From IMG/VR virus record IMGVR_UViG_3300033069_001774, positions 37,921-101,920 of that record: a stretch of DNA of 64,000 bases. One strand, written 5' to 3'. Source of the DNA: a virus (Duplodnaviria > Caudoviricetes). The stretch's first letter is position 1, and the number at the start of each line of letters is the position of its first letter. The notes under the pieces are model-generated. The model saw nothing but the letters and a program-made list of their open reading frames with translations, was not told the origin of the DNA and did not search any database. Of the stretch, positions 10,008 through 20,336 are shown in pieces. The position numbers and the translations under genes are program-made.

Positions 10008-13000
10008 ATGCCACAGCCCATCGATCGCTTCACCCGTCGCGCAGCTTCCTGTACTGTGGAGCTGGCGCGCGCGGTGTGGATCACACCCATGCGCCCCGCA
10101 GAGGCCTGCGCCACACCGCCCGTCACGCCGCCCCTGCAGTACATCACACCGCATGCAGTGCCTGTCGAGGCGGAGGCGCTACCGTTACCTGCAGCGCTGA
10201 GTCTGCAGAACTCCCGGTTCTCTCTCCAGTGCGCGGACTTGGACGGTGCTGGTCCGCATGGGGCCGAAGTCATCATCCCTGCTGCATCGGTAGGGCGTTC
10301 CTTCTTCTGGACTGACGTACCTGATATCAGCGTTACCCAGCTGGCGTTTGTTTCGCAGCTGCCGGAAACTGCACTGCAGGACATCATCGGCGGCGCGAAC
10401 GTCGGGACTATTGCGCGCCTCACTGATGTGCAGGCGGCTTTTGTGACGCAGAGTCTGGACACTCTGCGTGCTGCCATTGACGCCGAAGTTTACGCATCGG
10501 CTGTGAGCACGATCCGCTGCGTATGGCAATCTGAGCAGCAAACTGAGAGCTGCTTGGGCGCTGGCTACATGCTGTCTACACAGACAGCGGCGGGCGATTT
10601 GGCGGGCGTGCGTAACCCGATTGTGCTTGGGGCGGGCTTTGCTGAAAGCAGCACCAGCCAGAGCGAAGCCAACGCCATTGCTAAAGCAGAGGCCAGATCA
10701 CGGCTGCGGTGCTTGTTCGGCAACACGGAACAAACAGTGAAGTGCGAGGATCTAGGTTACGCCGACCCTGTGCCGACGGATGATCCAGACGCACCGCCAG
10801 TGTCTACGGATGGTAGATACCGCGTGGGTAGTGTGCACATCAGCGCCGGAGTTTATTTCTCCGCGGAATCCCAGAATGATGCAGACGCAAGGGCGCGCGA
10901 CGCCGGCGCTAGCTTGCTGTCGTGCTTTTACGTGAACGCGCCATTGGCGCTCAGCTGCAAAGACGCATACGGCATCGAGGGTGCATTCCAGCAACCAGTA
11001 GACTACAGCACCAAGTTGCGAGGCAACCCAGTGGCGGCTGGCGCAGGTAGTTTTGTGTTGGACGCGCCTGGCAGCTCGCAAGCAGCAGTGGACGCAGCGG
11101 CAGAGCTAGCACTGGAGAGCTTTCTGCTTTGCACTTTCAAAAATGTGGCCATGGAGGTGACGTGCCCAAGCCTCATTGTAGGTGGCGTAACCTACATCGC
11201 GGCCGGCACAGAATCCATCAGCGTGCCTGCCGGGGAGTATGAGGGTAACACGCAGGCGGAGGCTGATGCATTGGCCCGCGCTTCAGCGTTGTTGCAGCTG
11301 GGTTGTCAGTACTGCAACGCGTTCATCCCACCTGCGTGTTACCCGCCGTCCTATACGCCTAAACCAGGGCAGGCAATTCCGCTGGCTGACGTGGGTCCCG
11401 ACTGGAGCCCTGACGTCATTCTTGGCATGGCTGCAGGTACTATCTGTCAGCCCGACCCCGAAGACGCGCAGTTGCTAGCCAGCACGGTGGCGCTACAGCC
11501 TGTGCCGGTGACACAGCTCGCGACGGGCTGTACATACACGAATGATGAAATGTGGTTCGGGTGCCTGTCGCAACTCCCAGGCTCCCCGACGCTTCCCCGC
11601 GGTGGTTACTTTTCCCCAGCCTACGCCGCTGCAGCATTGCCGGTGCAGTTCGCGAGCTTGGCGCAGTCCGCGCAGCTGTCCCCTTTCTGCACTCCTTCTC
11701 CGATATCCGCGACGCCCTACATCGTGCTCCCTGCCGGGGCGCAAGCCGTGAACTCTCGCGACGTGCCTGCGGGTGTGGATCCGAAAGTTCATGCCAACTA
11801 CACCGCGAAGCTTTACGGACTGGCGCTGCTGGATTGCTTCTTCGCGACGCCAGAAATGCCTCTCGACTGCGCCAGCGCTTTTGAACCACAGCCGTTCATC
11901 CAAGAGGATGTAGCCAAGGCGGACGGGCAGCGTGTACGCTTGGTGTTACCCGCCGGGGCAGGTACTTCTTATGCTTCCTTTTTGGCTGCTTACGAAGAAG
12001 CCAAGCTGACCGCGCAAGGTGTGCTGAACTGCTACTACGAGAGCCCCACGCTGCAGGTGAGGTGCTGGAGTCAACAAACCACGACTCCCGGCAGCCTGCC
12101 TGATGTTGTGAGTTCGGAAAACGACGTGTGGGTTTATGGCGATGGCACTGTGCGCTTAACCACGAGCACTGACGGTGATGTTACGTACTCGGACATCACG
12201 CTTCTGCCTGCACAGCTGGGGTCAGTGGGAATGCCGCTGGTGCTGGTGCGCGGTAGCGAACGCTCTACCATTTCCAAAGAGGATGCGCGACTGCGCGCAT
12301 TGCGCAACGCGGTCAGCCTTCTGGATTGTACGTCGCAAGCTTTGGTGGCATTACTGCCTGTGTGCAGCGACAGGATGCGCGTCAAATGTGGTGCCACAGT
12401 GGAAGTCAATCCAGCAGCACCGTACACAGCAGGCACTGGCGACAAAACGCCCGCAGGGTGGCGCTATCGCGACGGCGAGCTGCATGTGGGGGACGGGCAC
12501 AACTATGTCATGAGCCGCGGCGGTGTGTCCACCAACCCCTGGACGCGCCTAGACTTGGGCTGCTCTGACGATCCAGTGGGTGGTTGCGCCGGCTTGGGGT
12601 TGGAGTTGCCAGTGTGCTTTGAGCAAGGTCGCGATAAAGAGGAGGCCAACCGGCGCGCACACACGGCGGGCCGCGCAATGCTGACGTGCACAGGCTCCCC
12701 GACGAATCTTCCTGACATCCCAGGGGGTGGGGGCGGTGGCGGGGGCAACAATGGAGGGGCGCCCGAGGGGTGTCCGCTGTTCGTGTATCCTGTGCTTGAC
12801 GAAAACGATCAACCGATCTCGGGTAAATTTGGCGTGACCGCCGGCTACATAAACGCGGAAGAGGTGCGTAAAAACACAGTGGATGGTGCGCCTATTCGCG
12901 ATGACCCGCCATTCCGGCTCTCAATCAGCAACGGTTACATCTACTGCGGCATCAAGTACCAGCTCACGTTTATCGAGGGTTATTTGACTTACGCGTCGGG

Positions 13001-13196
13001 ACCTACCGGTTTTGTGGCAGCCGCCAGCAGCCTGCCCGCAGAAGACACCCACGCCGGTAATTTTGTTGTACCGTTTGCGCGGATCATCGGTGGTGAGCTG
13101 GTGTCGAGTGTGAGCTGCGGAAATCTCTCCACAATTGTGCGTGATGCCAATCACCCCGACGGTGACAAAGCCGCCATCGGGGTTGCCAAATCTTAA
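10008..13196 (+). CDS. Cys-rich repeat virion protein with DUF5977-like modules
   Basis: Recurring 'V/I-x-AG-x-Y...SQ-x-EA-N/D-A-x-A...L-x-C-x-F/Y-x-N' units, e.g. 'VPAGEYEGNTQAEADALARASALLQLGCQYCN'. Confidence 0.55.
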   Translation: MPQPIDRFTRRAASCTVELARAVWITPMRPAEACATPPVTPPLQYITPHAVPVEAEALPLPAALSLQNSRFSLQCADLDGAGPHGAEVIIPAASVGRSFFWTDVPDISVTQLAFVSQLPETALQDIIGGANVGTIARLTDVQAAFVTQSLDTLRAAIDAEVYASAVSTIRCVWQSEQQTESCLGAGYMLSTQTAAGDLAGVRNPIVLGAGFAESSTSQSEANAIAKAEARSRLRCLFGNTEQTVKCEDLGYADPVPTDDPDAPPVSTDGRYRVGSVHISAGVYFSAESQNDADARARDAGASLLSCFYVNAPLALSCKDAYGIEGAFQQPVDYSTKLRGNPVAAGAGSFVLDAPGSSQAAVDAAAELALESFLLCTFKNVAMEVTCPSLIVGGVTYIAAGTESISVPAGEYEGNTQAEADALARASALLQLGCQYCNAFIPPACYPPSYTPKPGQAIPLADVGPDWSPDVILGMAAGTICQPDPEDAQLLASTVALQPVPVTQLATGCTYTNDEMWFGCLSQLPGSPTLPRGGYFSPAYAAAALPVQFASLAQSAQLSPFCTPSPISATPYIVLPAGAQAVNSRDVPAGVDPKVHANYTAKLYGLALLDCFFATPEMPLDCASAFEPQPFIQEDVAKADGQRVRLVLPAGAGTSYASFLAAYEEAKLTAQGVLNCYYESPTLQVRCWSQQTTTPGSLPDVVSSENDVWVYGDGTVRLTTSTDGDVTYSDITLLPAQLGSVGMPLVLVRGSERSTISKEDARLRALRNAVSLLDCTSQALVALLPVCSDRMRVKCGATVEVNPAAPYTAGTGDKTPAGWRYRDGELHVGDGHNYVMSRGGVSTNPWTRLDLGCSDDPVGGCAGLGLELPVCFEQGRDKEEANRRAHTAGRAMLTCTGSPTNLPDIPGGGGGGGGNNGGAPEGCPLFVYPVLDENDQPISGKFGVTAGYINAEEVRKNTVDGAPIRDDPPFRLSISNGYIYCGIKYQLTFIEGYLTYASGPTGFVAAASSLPAEDTHAGNFVVPFARIIGGELVSSVSCGNLSTIVRDANHPDGDKAAIGVAKS

Positions 13197-13199
13197 ACT

Positions 13200-14141
13200 A
13201 TGGCACGCACAAGCATAGAAAATTTGAGCAGCGAGCAGCGCGCCATTCTGTCGTTCATCGGGACGATGCAGGACGGCTCAGCGTTTTCGGAGCTGGCATA
13301 CCAAAGTGGGCGGACATTGCGAGATCCGAAACCGTTTGGCGAGCTGGCGCCCGACGTAGCGTATCTGATCGCGCGCACCAAATACTACGGAGCTACACGC
13401 GCGGTGTGCGGGGTGGCAGACGCTTTCGACCCCGACACACACGAGCCGCTATACCGCACATACCAGACGGAAACCGACACTTATGTACGCAACTGGTTCA
13501 AGGTGATGCTGGCTTTCCCCTACACTGCCACACCGTACAGTTCAGTCACATGGACCAAGGTCATCCGCGCAGTCCCGGGCGGGATGTACACGCCCGGGGA
13601 TGGAACGTCGTGCTCCGCCGAGCTCGACGAAGACGGGCGTGAGCCCCCCAACGGCTGGAATCGCGAGGATCTAGGGGACCCACCAGCTGGCTTCGAGTTC
13701 AGTTTTTCCGATGAAGCGGTAGACGTGGAGTTCTCAAATGATATCGCCCTGGCGTCACTGACCACGGCCGCCGAGGGTGCCGAGGAGCTGATCTACGCGC
13801 CACCAACCGGTCACGTTTACTGGGATCAAATCTGTGCCTTCAATTACCGGCAGGGTCTGGCCGATTTCTTGTTTTTAGGCGGCATTGACAGCATTGCGAG
13901 TCTAGGTGTTGCGCGGCGACATAAAACAGAGCTCAAAATAGTGGGCAGTCGCATACCGTGCACGTTGCACTGGGAGGACACGACCACGTGCCTGTATCCT
14001 GCAGGTGTACCCAGCACCACCCGCGAGCGGCAAATCTCGTTCGGTCCGGGTAACTGGAGTACCACACTTGACGACGGTTATCCTCCTGAGAGTTATCGTG
14101 TGGGTCGTGGGTTTGGTCGCATCATCCCTGCTGGCGGTTAA
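13200..14141 (+). CDS. Hypothetical protein (probably virion-associated)
   Basis: 313 aa ORF, tightly packed. Confidence 0.6.
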   Translation: MARTSIENLSSEQRAILSFIGTMQDGSAFSELAYQSGRTLRDPKPFGELAPDVAYLIARTKYYGATRAVCGVADAFDPDTHEPLYRTYQTETDTYVRNWFKVMLAFPYTATPYSSVTWTKVIRAVPGGMYTPGDGTSCSAELDEDGREPPNGWNREDLGDPPAGFEFSFSDEAVDVEFSNDIALASLTTAAEGAEELIYAPPTGHVYWDQICAFNYRQGLADFLFLGGIDSIASLGVARRHKTELKIVGSRIPCTLHWEDTTTCLYPAGVPSTTRERQISFGPGNWSTTLDDGYPPESYRVGRGFGRIIPAGG

Positions 14142-14183
14142 ATTTTCAGGTTGCGGGCGCTGCGGGTGTGGCCAGAATGCTGC

Positions 14184-14594
14184 ATGCAATTTTTATCTGT
14201 GTTACTCGCGGTATGGGTATGCGGTCTGCTCGTTGTGTGCAGTATCCTCCAGTGCTGGTTTTCCTCCTCGCTGCCTAGCGAACTGCTCCTCCTGGCGCGA
14301 CAACTAGGCTGGCACAAACACGACGCCGATTTCTGGCCAGATCATCCTGAAGACGCGGGACGGGATCAGTGGATAGTCTGGGCAAACATGCAGGTGAGTC
14401 TGGGGGTGTTTCCGCGTCGCTTGGTTGTGCTGCTCACGTGTCCTACTTGCTTCGCCGTGCACGCTGCAGCGTACACGGCGCTGGGCACTGTGCTTATCTG
14501 GCGGCCTGCCGAGCTTAATGCTTTTGTGCTGTGGTTGGGTGCTGTCGGTTCGTGGGTATTTCCAGCGGTGCGTCTCACACAACCAAAATCATGA
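14184..14594 (+). CDS. DUF1360-like membrane protein
   Basis: Hydrophobic segments plus 'LLTCPTCFAVH' CPxC motif. Confidence 0.5.
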   Translation: MQFLSVLLAVWVCGLLVVCSILQCWFSSSLPSELLLLARQLGWHKHDADFWPDHPEDAGRDQWIVWANMQVSLGVFPRRLVVLLTCPTCFAVHAAAYTALGTVLIWRPAELNAFVLWLGAVGSWVFPAVRLTQPKS

Positions 14595-15052
14595 AAGGCA
14601 GCATAACCAGCACAGGCAACATTCAGTGGCGCCTTTTTCGCAGAGACGCCACGGGCAATCTGCGAGCTTGCGTCATGGTGATCGAGAAAGACACCAGCAT
14701 CGTGCTGACAGAGAAATGCGAGGAGGATACGCCCGCACCTCCAGAGGTCGCACAAACCGACTCATCGGGACCTCTAGCACACCTGACTAAGTTCGGCATC
14801 CCGCACAAGATCAAGGCCGGTGCCGATGGGCATGCGGTCATTGAAGTCTACCCCCACAAGGCACCGGTGCGCACAAAACGCATCATGCGTTTCTTCGATT
14901 TGACGACCCCTTGCGATTTCCCACAGTGTGAGGAGCTTCGCCGGAGGTGGCTGGAAGAGAAAGAAGCACTGGGTGAAAATTGCACGGACTGCGCTGCCAG
15001 CGCGCTGCAGCGCAGGTACATGCATCAGTTGGGTGATATTCTCCCCCCGTGA
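14591..15052 (+). CDS. Hypothetical protein with C-terminal Cys motif
   Basis: ATGA overlap with upstream gene; 'PCDFPQC...CTDC'. Confidence 0.55.
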   Translation: MKGSITSTGNIQWRLFRRDATGNLRACVMVIEKDTSIVLTEKCEEDTPAPPEVAQTDSSGPLAHLTKFGIPHKIKAGADGHAVIEVYPHKAPVRTKRIMRFFDLTTPCDFPQCEELRRRWLEEKEALGENCTDCAASALQRRYMHQLGDILPP

Positions 15053-15225
15053 AGCAGCCCGCTACCATCCCTGGAATCCACAAGTTCCATGATTTACACC
15101 AAGCGTATTTGCGCGAATGGCGCATCGAGGCCGCACGGTGCGGGGGCGGCTGCTTCACTTCCGCCCTAGTGCAACGCTATGCGCGCCTGCTACAGCAACG
15201 CCAAGCCCTGGAAGCGAGACCTTGA
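15049..15225 (+). CDS. 58-aa small protein absent from the ORF track, paralogous to the upstream C-terminus
   Basis: GTGA overlap start; VKQPATIPGIHKFHDLHQAYLREWRIEAARCGGGCFTSALVQRYARLLQQRQALEARP. Confidence 0.55.
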   Translation: MKQPATIPGIHKFHDLHQAYLREWRIEAARCGGGCFTSALVQRYARLLQQRQALEARP

Positions 15226-15250
15226 GCCCGGCGCATGTTGCGCCTAGAAT
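15222..15250 (+). promoter_or_regulatory. Sigma70-type promoter, likely leaderless transcript of sigma-like gene
   Basis: TTGAGC-N17-TAGAAT, 5 nt before ATG 15256. Confidence 0.55.
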
Positions 15251-15255
15251 GGGGC

Positions 15256-15969
15256 ATGGCACAAGAATGGGAACCCGCTTACACACAGTGGCAGCAGACA
15301 CAGACTGCTGACGATCTGCATTCCACTGTCCATGCGCTGTCGCCGGTGATCCATCGTGCAGTCACAGCCATTGGCGCTGCCGACGACCCCGCCGTGGTGT
15401 CCAAAGCGCGCCTGCTCGCGGCCGGTGCTGTGCGGTCCTACAGTCCAGAGCACGGGGCAGCCTTACCCACGTGGGTTGCGCACGCCCTGACACCATTGCG
15501 CCGCTACAAGCGGCTCAGCGGGCAGACATTACAAGTGCCTGAGCGTATTCAGCTGGATGCCTTTCACTTGGACAACGTGCGCAAGCAATTCGTCGATGCC
15601 CACGACCGGGAGCCCGACCAGGTCGAGCTGGGAGACGCGGCACGCATGGCACCACGGCGCCTGAGGGAGGTGCAGCGTGCGCAGTTCAGCATGCCCGGAG
15701 AGAATGCGATGGAAGGCGGCACGTCACAACTGCTGCAGAGTCGCCCGGAGTTTTCGGATGAGGCGATGGATTACGTTTACCGTGACGCAGACTATGTGGA
15801 TCGCGCGATCATGGAGGGGCGCATGGGCTACAACGGGGTGCCTGTGCTAGATACGCCAAAGCTGCTGCAGCGCACCAAACTGTCCCCGTTTCAACTCAGC
15901 CGGCGCGCTGCAAGCCTGGCTATGCGCATCCAAAAAACCTTGGGACACCTGGAGGGTACCGCGTCATGA
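15256..15969 (+). CDS. Phage sigma-70-family RNA polymerase sigma factor
   Basis: Region-2-like 'AVRSYSPEHGAALPTWV', 'TLQVPER', region-3-like 'HDREPDQVELGD'. Confidence 0.75.
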   Translation: MAQEWEPAYTQWQQTQTADDLHSTVHALSPVIHRAVTAIGAADDPAVVSKARLLAAGAVRSYSPEHGAALPTWVAHALTPLRRYKRLSGQTLQVPERIQLDAFHLDNVRKQFVDAHDREPDQVELGDAARMAPRRLREVQRAQFSMPGENAMEGGTSQLLQSRPEFSDEAMDYVYRDADYVDRAIMEGRMGYNGVPVLDTPKLLQRTKLSPFQLSRRAASLAMRIQKTLGHLEGTAS

Positions 15970-16310
15970 TTCAACCCGCGACCACGTCACAGGAGGCCTA
16001 CAAGGAAATCGCTGAGATTGAGCGGATGCTGCGGGGTGCGGCATCCGAGCGCAAGCTGTTCGCCGAGCGACACGGTGGGGAGGATATGACGTTTTCCGCC
16101 ATTGTTATCCCTGCCGCCGCCGAGTTGACGCAAACTGACAAACCCGCAGCTACTTCTGCGAACGCCCGCATGCGTGCCACATTTTTAGCGGCACTTAAAC
16201 GGGATGCGCTGCATCGCTACGCTACGCGCGGCGACTTGATGCGGCAGGCTACACAGCGGGAAATCCTCACAGCCTACGAGCTCGGGCGTGCACTGGAGCT
16301 AACAGCATAA
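15966..16310 (+). CDS. Hypothetical protein
   Basis: Overlapping start/stop coupling on both sides. Confidence 0.6.
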   Translation: MIQPATTSQEAYKEIAEIERMLRGAASERKLFAERHGGEDMTFSAIVIPAAAELTQTDKPAATSANARMRATFLAALKRDALHRYATRGDLMRQATQREILTAYELGRALELTA

Positions 16311-16699
16311 TGCAAAGCTTGCGCATAACTTTTGACAAACTGAATGGCTGGACGCTGCATCCGGATGAAGTCGTAGATGGCTTCGCGGACACCGTGCAGT
16401 GCGCGCTGGTCAACGCCACTACGCAACGCGGTACTGTGGAGGCTTTTCCTGCGGCAGGAACCGATTTGCTGCGACAAGGCGCGCTGGGGCTGCTGCTGGA
16501 TTTGCCGATGGCGCGACATGCGTGTAATTTTGCCGCGGCAGAAACTGCAGAATTTGTGAACAGCCATATAGACGACCCCACTGTTAGCATCGATCAATTT
16601 AACATGCAGCCTGTCGTGCTGGCAGACGGAGCCCTGCAGCTTGAGCTGCGTCTTGTATCCCCCGCCGGTGTCACATACGGCTCACTTTTGACCAACTGA
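16310..16699 (+). CDS. gp25-like baseplate wedge/sheath initiator
   Basis: 129 aa, 'TQRGTVEAFPAAGTDL' resembles gp25 'T.kGer...P.fG' motif; precedes BpJ-like gene. Confidence 0.55.
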   Translation: MQSLRITFDKLNGWTLHPDEVVDGFADTVQCALVNATTQRGTVEAFPAAGTDLLRQGALGLLLDLPMARHACNFAAAETAEFVNSHIDDPTVSIDQFNMQPVVLADGALQLELRLVSPAGVTYGSLLTN

Positions 16700-16700
16700 C

Positions 16701-18443
16701 ATGTTCGACATCTTCGCCCACTACTTCCCCACCGCCGACGAACTCAGCCCCGCCGAGCTGCAGGATGCCCACGCGCGGTGCGTCGCTTGGCTGCGCCCTG
16801 CGGCACCCACCTTGAACATGAGCCCAGGTTCACCTTTTGGCGCCGCTGCGCTTCTGCCCCTGGTGCGTGTTATCGCAGGTCTTGAAATCGCCATGGATCG
16901 CATACGCAATGACCTGACCACAGCCAACGTGGCGGCAGGTACTGTATACGACTGCGCTTTCGTCGAAAGCTATTTGCGAGCTTTGGGTGGGCGCAGGCAA
17001 GAGAGCGTGGAGTACAGCGGACACGTCATTCTGGAATTCGCCAATGACGCAGACATCAACATCCCCGCAGGTGTGCAGTTTTTGTTCAACAGCGCCGATG
17101 TACTGCTGCCTCGCGTAGAGCAGCAGCAGTCAATTCACATCTTGCGCTCCGGCTCAGTGCGGCGCGCCCCCAATGACTTCGTGCTGACGCCTTTCACCTC
17201 CAGCACATTCGCTGTGCTGGTCCCCGTGCGTGGAACGCCACAGACAGATATCACCGCAGGCACCACGGCTGTGATCAGTCAGGAAGTCTCCGGGCTTGTT
17301 GCAATTACCGCTGCCTACCTGTTCATCGCTGGGCGCAGTAACAATTCTGTGCAAGCTATAGCCCGGCGCGCCACGCAGTCGTTTGCAGCATCCGGTTTCA
17401 TTACGCGCGATGGTATTCGCGAGCAACTACTGCAGGTTTGGCCTGACCTGCTCAGCGTCTCCTCGGCGTTGTCGGGAGACGCTGAGCAGCTGCGCGGCGC
17501 CACGAATGCTTTGGGCATCGCCGCAGGCGCTGCTGATATCGTAGTGCGCTCGGCAGCTAAGACAGAGTTCACGCAGACTGTGCGCCTGGATTACTTCGCC
17601 GAACAAGACGGCGTTGCTGTGGATAAGTTCATCGGTGTATGGCGTCCGGTGGCTACGCCTATCCGACTGGCCGATATCCGTTGGACAGGCAACAGCGGCA
17701 TTGATCTTCGGCCGACTGAGGACAGCGCGTATCTGCTTTCCCGCTCCACTAATCCTGCTAAAGCTCCGCTTTTAACCAGCGCGTTCTCCGAGCTGGAGGA
17801 GCTGACTTTTGTGGTGTCCATGCCGCGCTCTGTTGCCAATGTGCCGCTGCTCACAACCGAGGTTGATGCTGCTGGGCAAGCCTATGCGCTGTTTGATGTA
17901 ACGTTTGTGGGAGATCCCGCCGTTGCGGATGTGCAGCGCTATGTGGACGCGGAAACACCTGCTGGTGTAGACGTTCTGGTCCGTGCGCCTTGCCCGATTG
18001 TGTTCTCGCACTTGGAGCTGGGATACACCAAGGTTCCCGGGCAGCTGTTCAATTTGGCGCAAGCTATTGATGAGACCCAGAACTATCTGCGTGCGCTTTC
18101 TGCGCCTGCGCGTTTTAGCGCGTCACGCTTGCACGACATTGCATACTACGCCGGCGCGGAGGACGTCAATTACACCAGCGTCACAGCACGCCTGCTGCTG
18201 ACATTGGCGCGCTACGTTTTACCCGCCGACGCCGCAGATCCCACAACAAGCCTGACGGATTGCCTGGCGGATGCCTTGCTTGTGGACAGCATTGTGCTGA
18301 GCGATGTCTTAGCGCTGGTGCCCTCTTACCGCGACCCGCGCATGGGCACAGCCGACACCCGCATGGGCGTAGCGTCTTATCGCAATGTTTCTTATGAGCT
18401 GCCGTCCAACGTCGTGAGCTTCCAACCACACCTCACTGTATGA
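16701..18443 (+). CDS. Baseplate J/gp6-like wedge protein
   Basis: 'SPGSPFG', 'YSGHVILEF...INIPAGVQF', 'IAGRSNNS...RRA' follow the baseplate J pattern. Confidence 0.7.
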   Translation: MFDIFAHYFPTADELSPAELQDAHARCVAWLRPAAPTLNMSPGSPFGAAALLPLVRVIAGLEIAMDRIRNDLTTANVAAGTVYDCAFVESYLRALGGRRQESVEYSGHVILEFANDADINIPAGVQFLFNSADVLLPRVEQQQSIHILRSGSVRRAPNDFVLTPFTSSTFAVLVPVRGTPQTDITAGTTAVISQEVSGLVAITAAYLFIAGRSNNSVQAIARRATQSFAASGFITRDGIREQLLQVWPDLLSVSSALSGDAEQLRGATNALGIAAGAADIVVRSAAKTEFTQTVRLDYFAEQDGVAVDKFIGVWRPVATPIRLADIRWTGNSGIDLRPTEDSAYLLSRSTNPAKAPLLTSAFSELEELTFVVSMPRSVANVPLLTTEVDAAGQAYALFDVTFVGDPAVADVQRYVDAETPAGVDVLVRAPCPIVFSHLELGYTKVPGQLFNLAQAIDETQNYLRALSAPARFSASRLHDIAYYAGAEDVNYTSVTARLLLTLARYVLPADAADPTTSLTDCLADALLVDSIVLSDVLALVPSYRDPRMGTADTRMGVASYRNVSYELPSNVVSFQPHLTV

Positions 18444-19765
18444 TATCTTTGGATGCACTACCGGTCAGTCCAGGCATGCGCTTCAGCGGTGACGGATGGG
18501 ACAATCTGACGGCCCCGTCCGCTGAGCTGGTGGGGCGACTGGCGCATGCAAGCATGGAGACGTCCACGCTCTGGCACCGCATCACGCAGCTCCCCGACGC
18601 TGACGGTAGCTCGATGCGCGCTGTAACCTTCCACCCTTCTGAAATTGGCGTGGAAGGACTTGTACCTGCGCGCCTTGTCACGCGTGCAGCTGATGGCTTG
18701 AGCTCCTTCTCGTCGTCTACCGATCTACAAGCACACTCTCTGGATAACACCGCACCTTGGGTGACACAAGAAGGGGACATCGTGACAGCTCTAGGCGCAT
18801 GGCTAATGCTCCCAGTACCTGGCGCGATGGTGTCCGAACGCACACGCACCACGACACAAACATGGTACACACTTCCCTTGAAAGTGTCCGGGGAAGTGGC
18901 GAGCATACGCACACAAGCTGGGGAGCTGTTGTTGGCGGGTGTCGACTTTGTGCACGCTTTTGATTTGTTGTTCTTCCAAGAGCACCCCAGTTCCATGTTT
19001 CCCGGTGGTGCGTTCTGGTGCGTACTATTTGTGGCTGATGTGTCTCCCACGGCATCGGTCAATGGTGTAGACGCGCCAGCTGCTGCGGGCGGTGCTTTGG
19101 CTGTGCTGCTGCGGGAGGTACCCACAACGGAGCGCATAGAGCACGCCGTAAACGCCGCGCTAGGCGTTGTAGCGCTGCCTCGCGCAGGTGTACTGCACGA
19201 GGTGACGGCACTGCCTGAGGGCTTCCGTTACGGTTTCGACTGGGGTGATGTGCTGTGCGCTTACGAGCACACAGCTCTGGACGCTGGGCGTTACTACGCA
19301 GCCGGCACCCAAGTTGGCGCGCCAGTGCGTCTGTACACGCGCGGAAGTCAAAGCGCGGACTGGTGGCGCGCGCTTGACTGGACCTGGCCGGTGTCCCTGC
19401 AATGGCTTTGCCCTGCGACCAAAAACTTGGCAGTGTCCAACCGCACAGTGCGCGCGGAAGGCTACGCTGTGGCGGGGGATACCTGCGTGAAACTCTATAT
19501 CGACGGCGCGCCTGAAGACTTGCAGAAATACTGGGGTTGGTGCGCACAGGCTGAAAAGACCGCAGGGCGCCAGAGACTGGCGACTCGCTTGAGCCTAGGT
19601 GTGGGCGACTCGACAGAGATTGATATGCTGGCCCTGTTGTTCGAGCTCGCCGGGTCTCGGGCCGTGGTAGTGGACATCACCACCAATGCCGCAGAATACA
19701 CCTGGGATGTCCTACGTCGTTATGCCCCCTCGACGGCTGTGTTTCTTCCGCGCTTCTTGCATTGA
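18440..19765 (+). CDS. Baseplate wedge protein (gp7/gpI-like)
   Basis: Follows BpJ; 'PTTERIEHAVNAALGV'. Confidence 0.45.
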   Translation: MISLDALPVSPGMRFSGDGWDNLTAPSAELVGRLAHASMETSTLWHRITQLPDADGSSMRAVTFHPSEIGVEGLVPARLVTRAADGLSSFSSSTDLQAHSLDNTAPWVTQEGDIVTALGAWLMLPVPGAMVSERTRTTTQTWYTLPLKVSGEVASIRTQAGELLLAGVDFVHAFDLLFFQEHPSSMFPGGAFWCVLFVADVSPTASVNGVDAPAAAGGALAVLLREVPTTERIEHAVNAALGVVALPRAGVLHEVTALPEGFRYGFDWGDVLCAYEHTALDAGRYYAAGTQVGAPVRLYTRGSQSADWWRALDWTWPVSLQWLCPATKNLAVSNRTVRAEGYAVAGDTCVKLYIDGAPEDLQKYWGWCAQAEKTAGRQRLATRLSLGVGDSTEIDMLALLFELAGSRAVVVDITTNAAEYTWDVLRRYAPSTAVFLPRFLH

Positions 19766-19790
19766 GCTGGTGTGCATGTAATTTAACCGC

Positions 19791-20336
19791 ATGACAGTTA
19801 CCCTGCAGCGTTCTCAAAGCACACGCGCCATCTCGGCGGGTGTGCTCCCGCTATGGCCTGTATTGTTGCAGGCTGTGGTTACAGGTGGTGACATGCCGGC
19901 CGCCATATTCGTGTACGAGGCTAAAACTCGGGACGGACAACCAGCTGACAGATTTCGCGCTGTGGCTTCCGTGCAACAGATGCTCGAGCTACCCGCTTCC
20001 CGAGAGCAACGCGGTAGCAGTTCTTACTACAGGAGCGCGTATGCTTATTTTGCAATGCGCAATCCGCACGACGTCACAGATACAATATCCGCTATCCAAT
20101 CTGACGTGGTGCAGCTTTTGAAAGGCTGGCTAGCCAAGGAGGCGCTCAACACAAGTGACACAATTGAGATAACCGTGACATCGCCTGCGGACGTAGCATC
20201 CAGCACGATTGTTGCGTTGAATGCGGCTGTGCGCGAGGAACTAAGCCCCGATGGTCAATCTTTGAATCTCTACAACGCTTCTGGTGTCTACCTGGGCACA
20301 ATACCCGTTATGAACTATGGCCTACCTAATAAATAG
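19791..20336 (+). CDS. Hypothetical virion protein
   Basis: 181 aa ORF preceded by TTGCAT-N16-TAATTT. Confidence 0.6.
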   Translation: MTVTLQRSQSTRAISAGVLPLWPVLLQAVVTGGDMPAAIFVYEAKTRDGQPADRFRAVASVQQMLELPASREQRGSSSYYRSAYAYFAMRNPHDVTDTISAIQSDVVQLLKGWLAKEALNTSDTIEITVTSPADVASSTIVALNAAVREELSPDGQSLNLYNASGVYLGTIPVMNYGLPNK

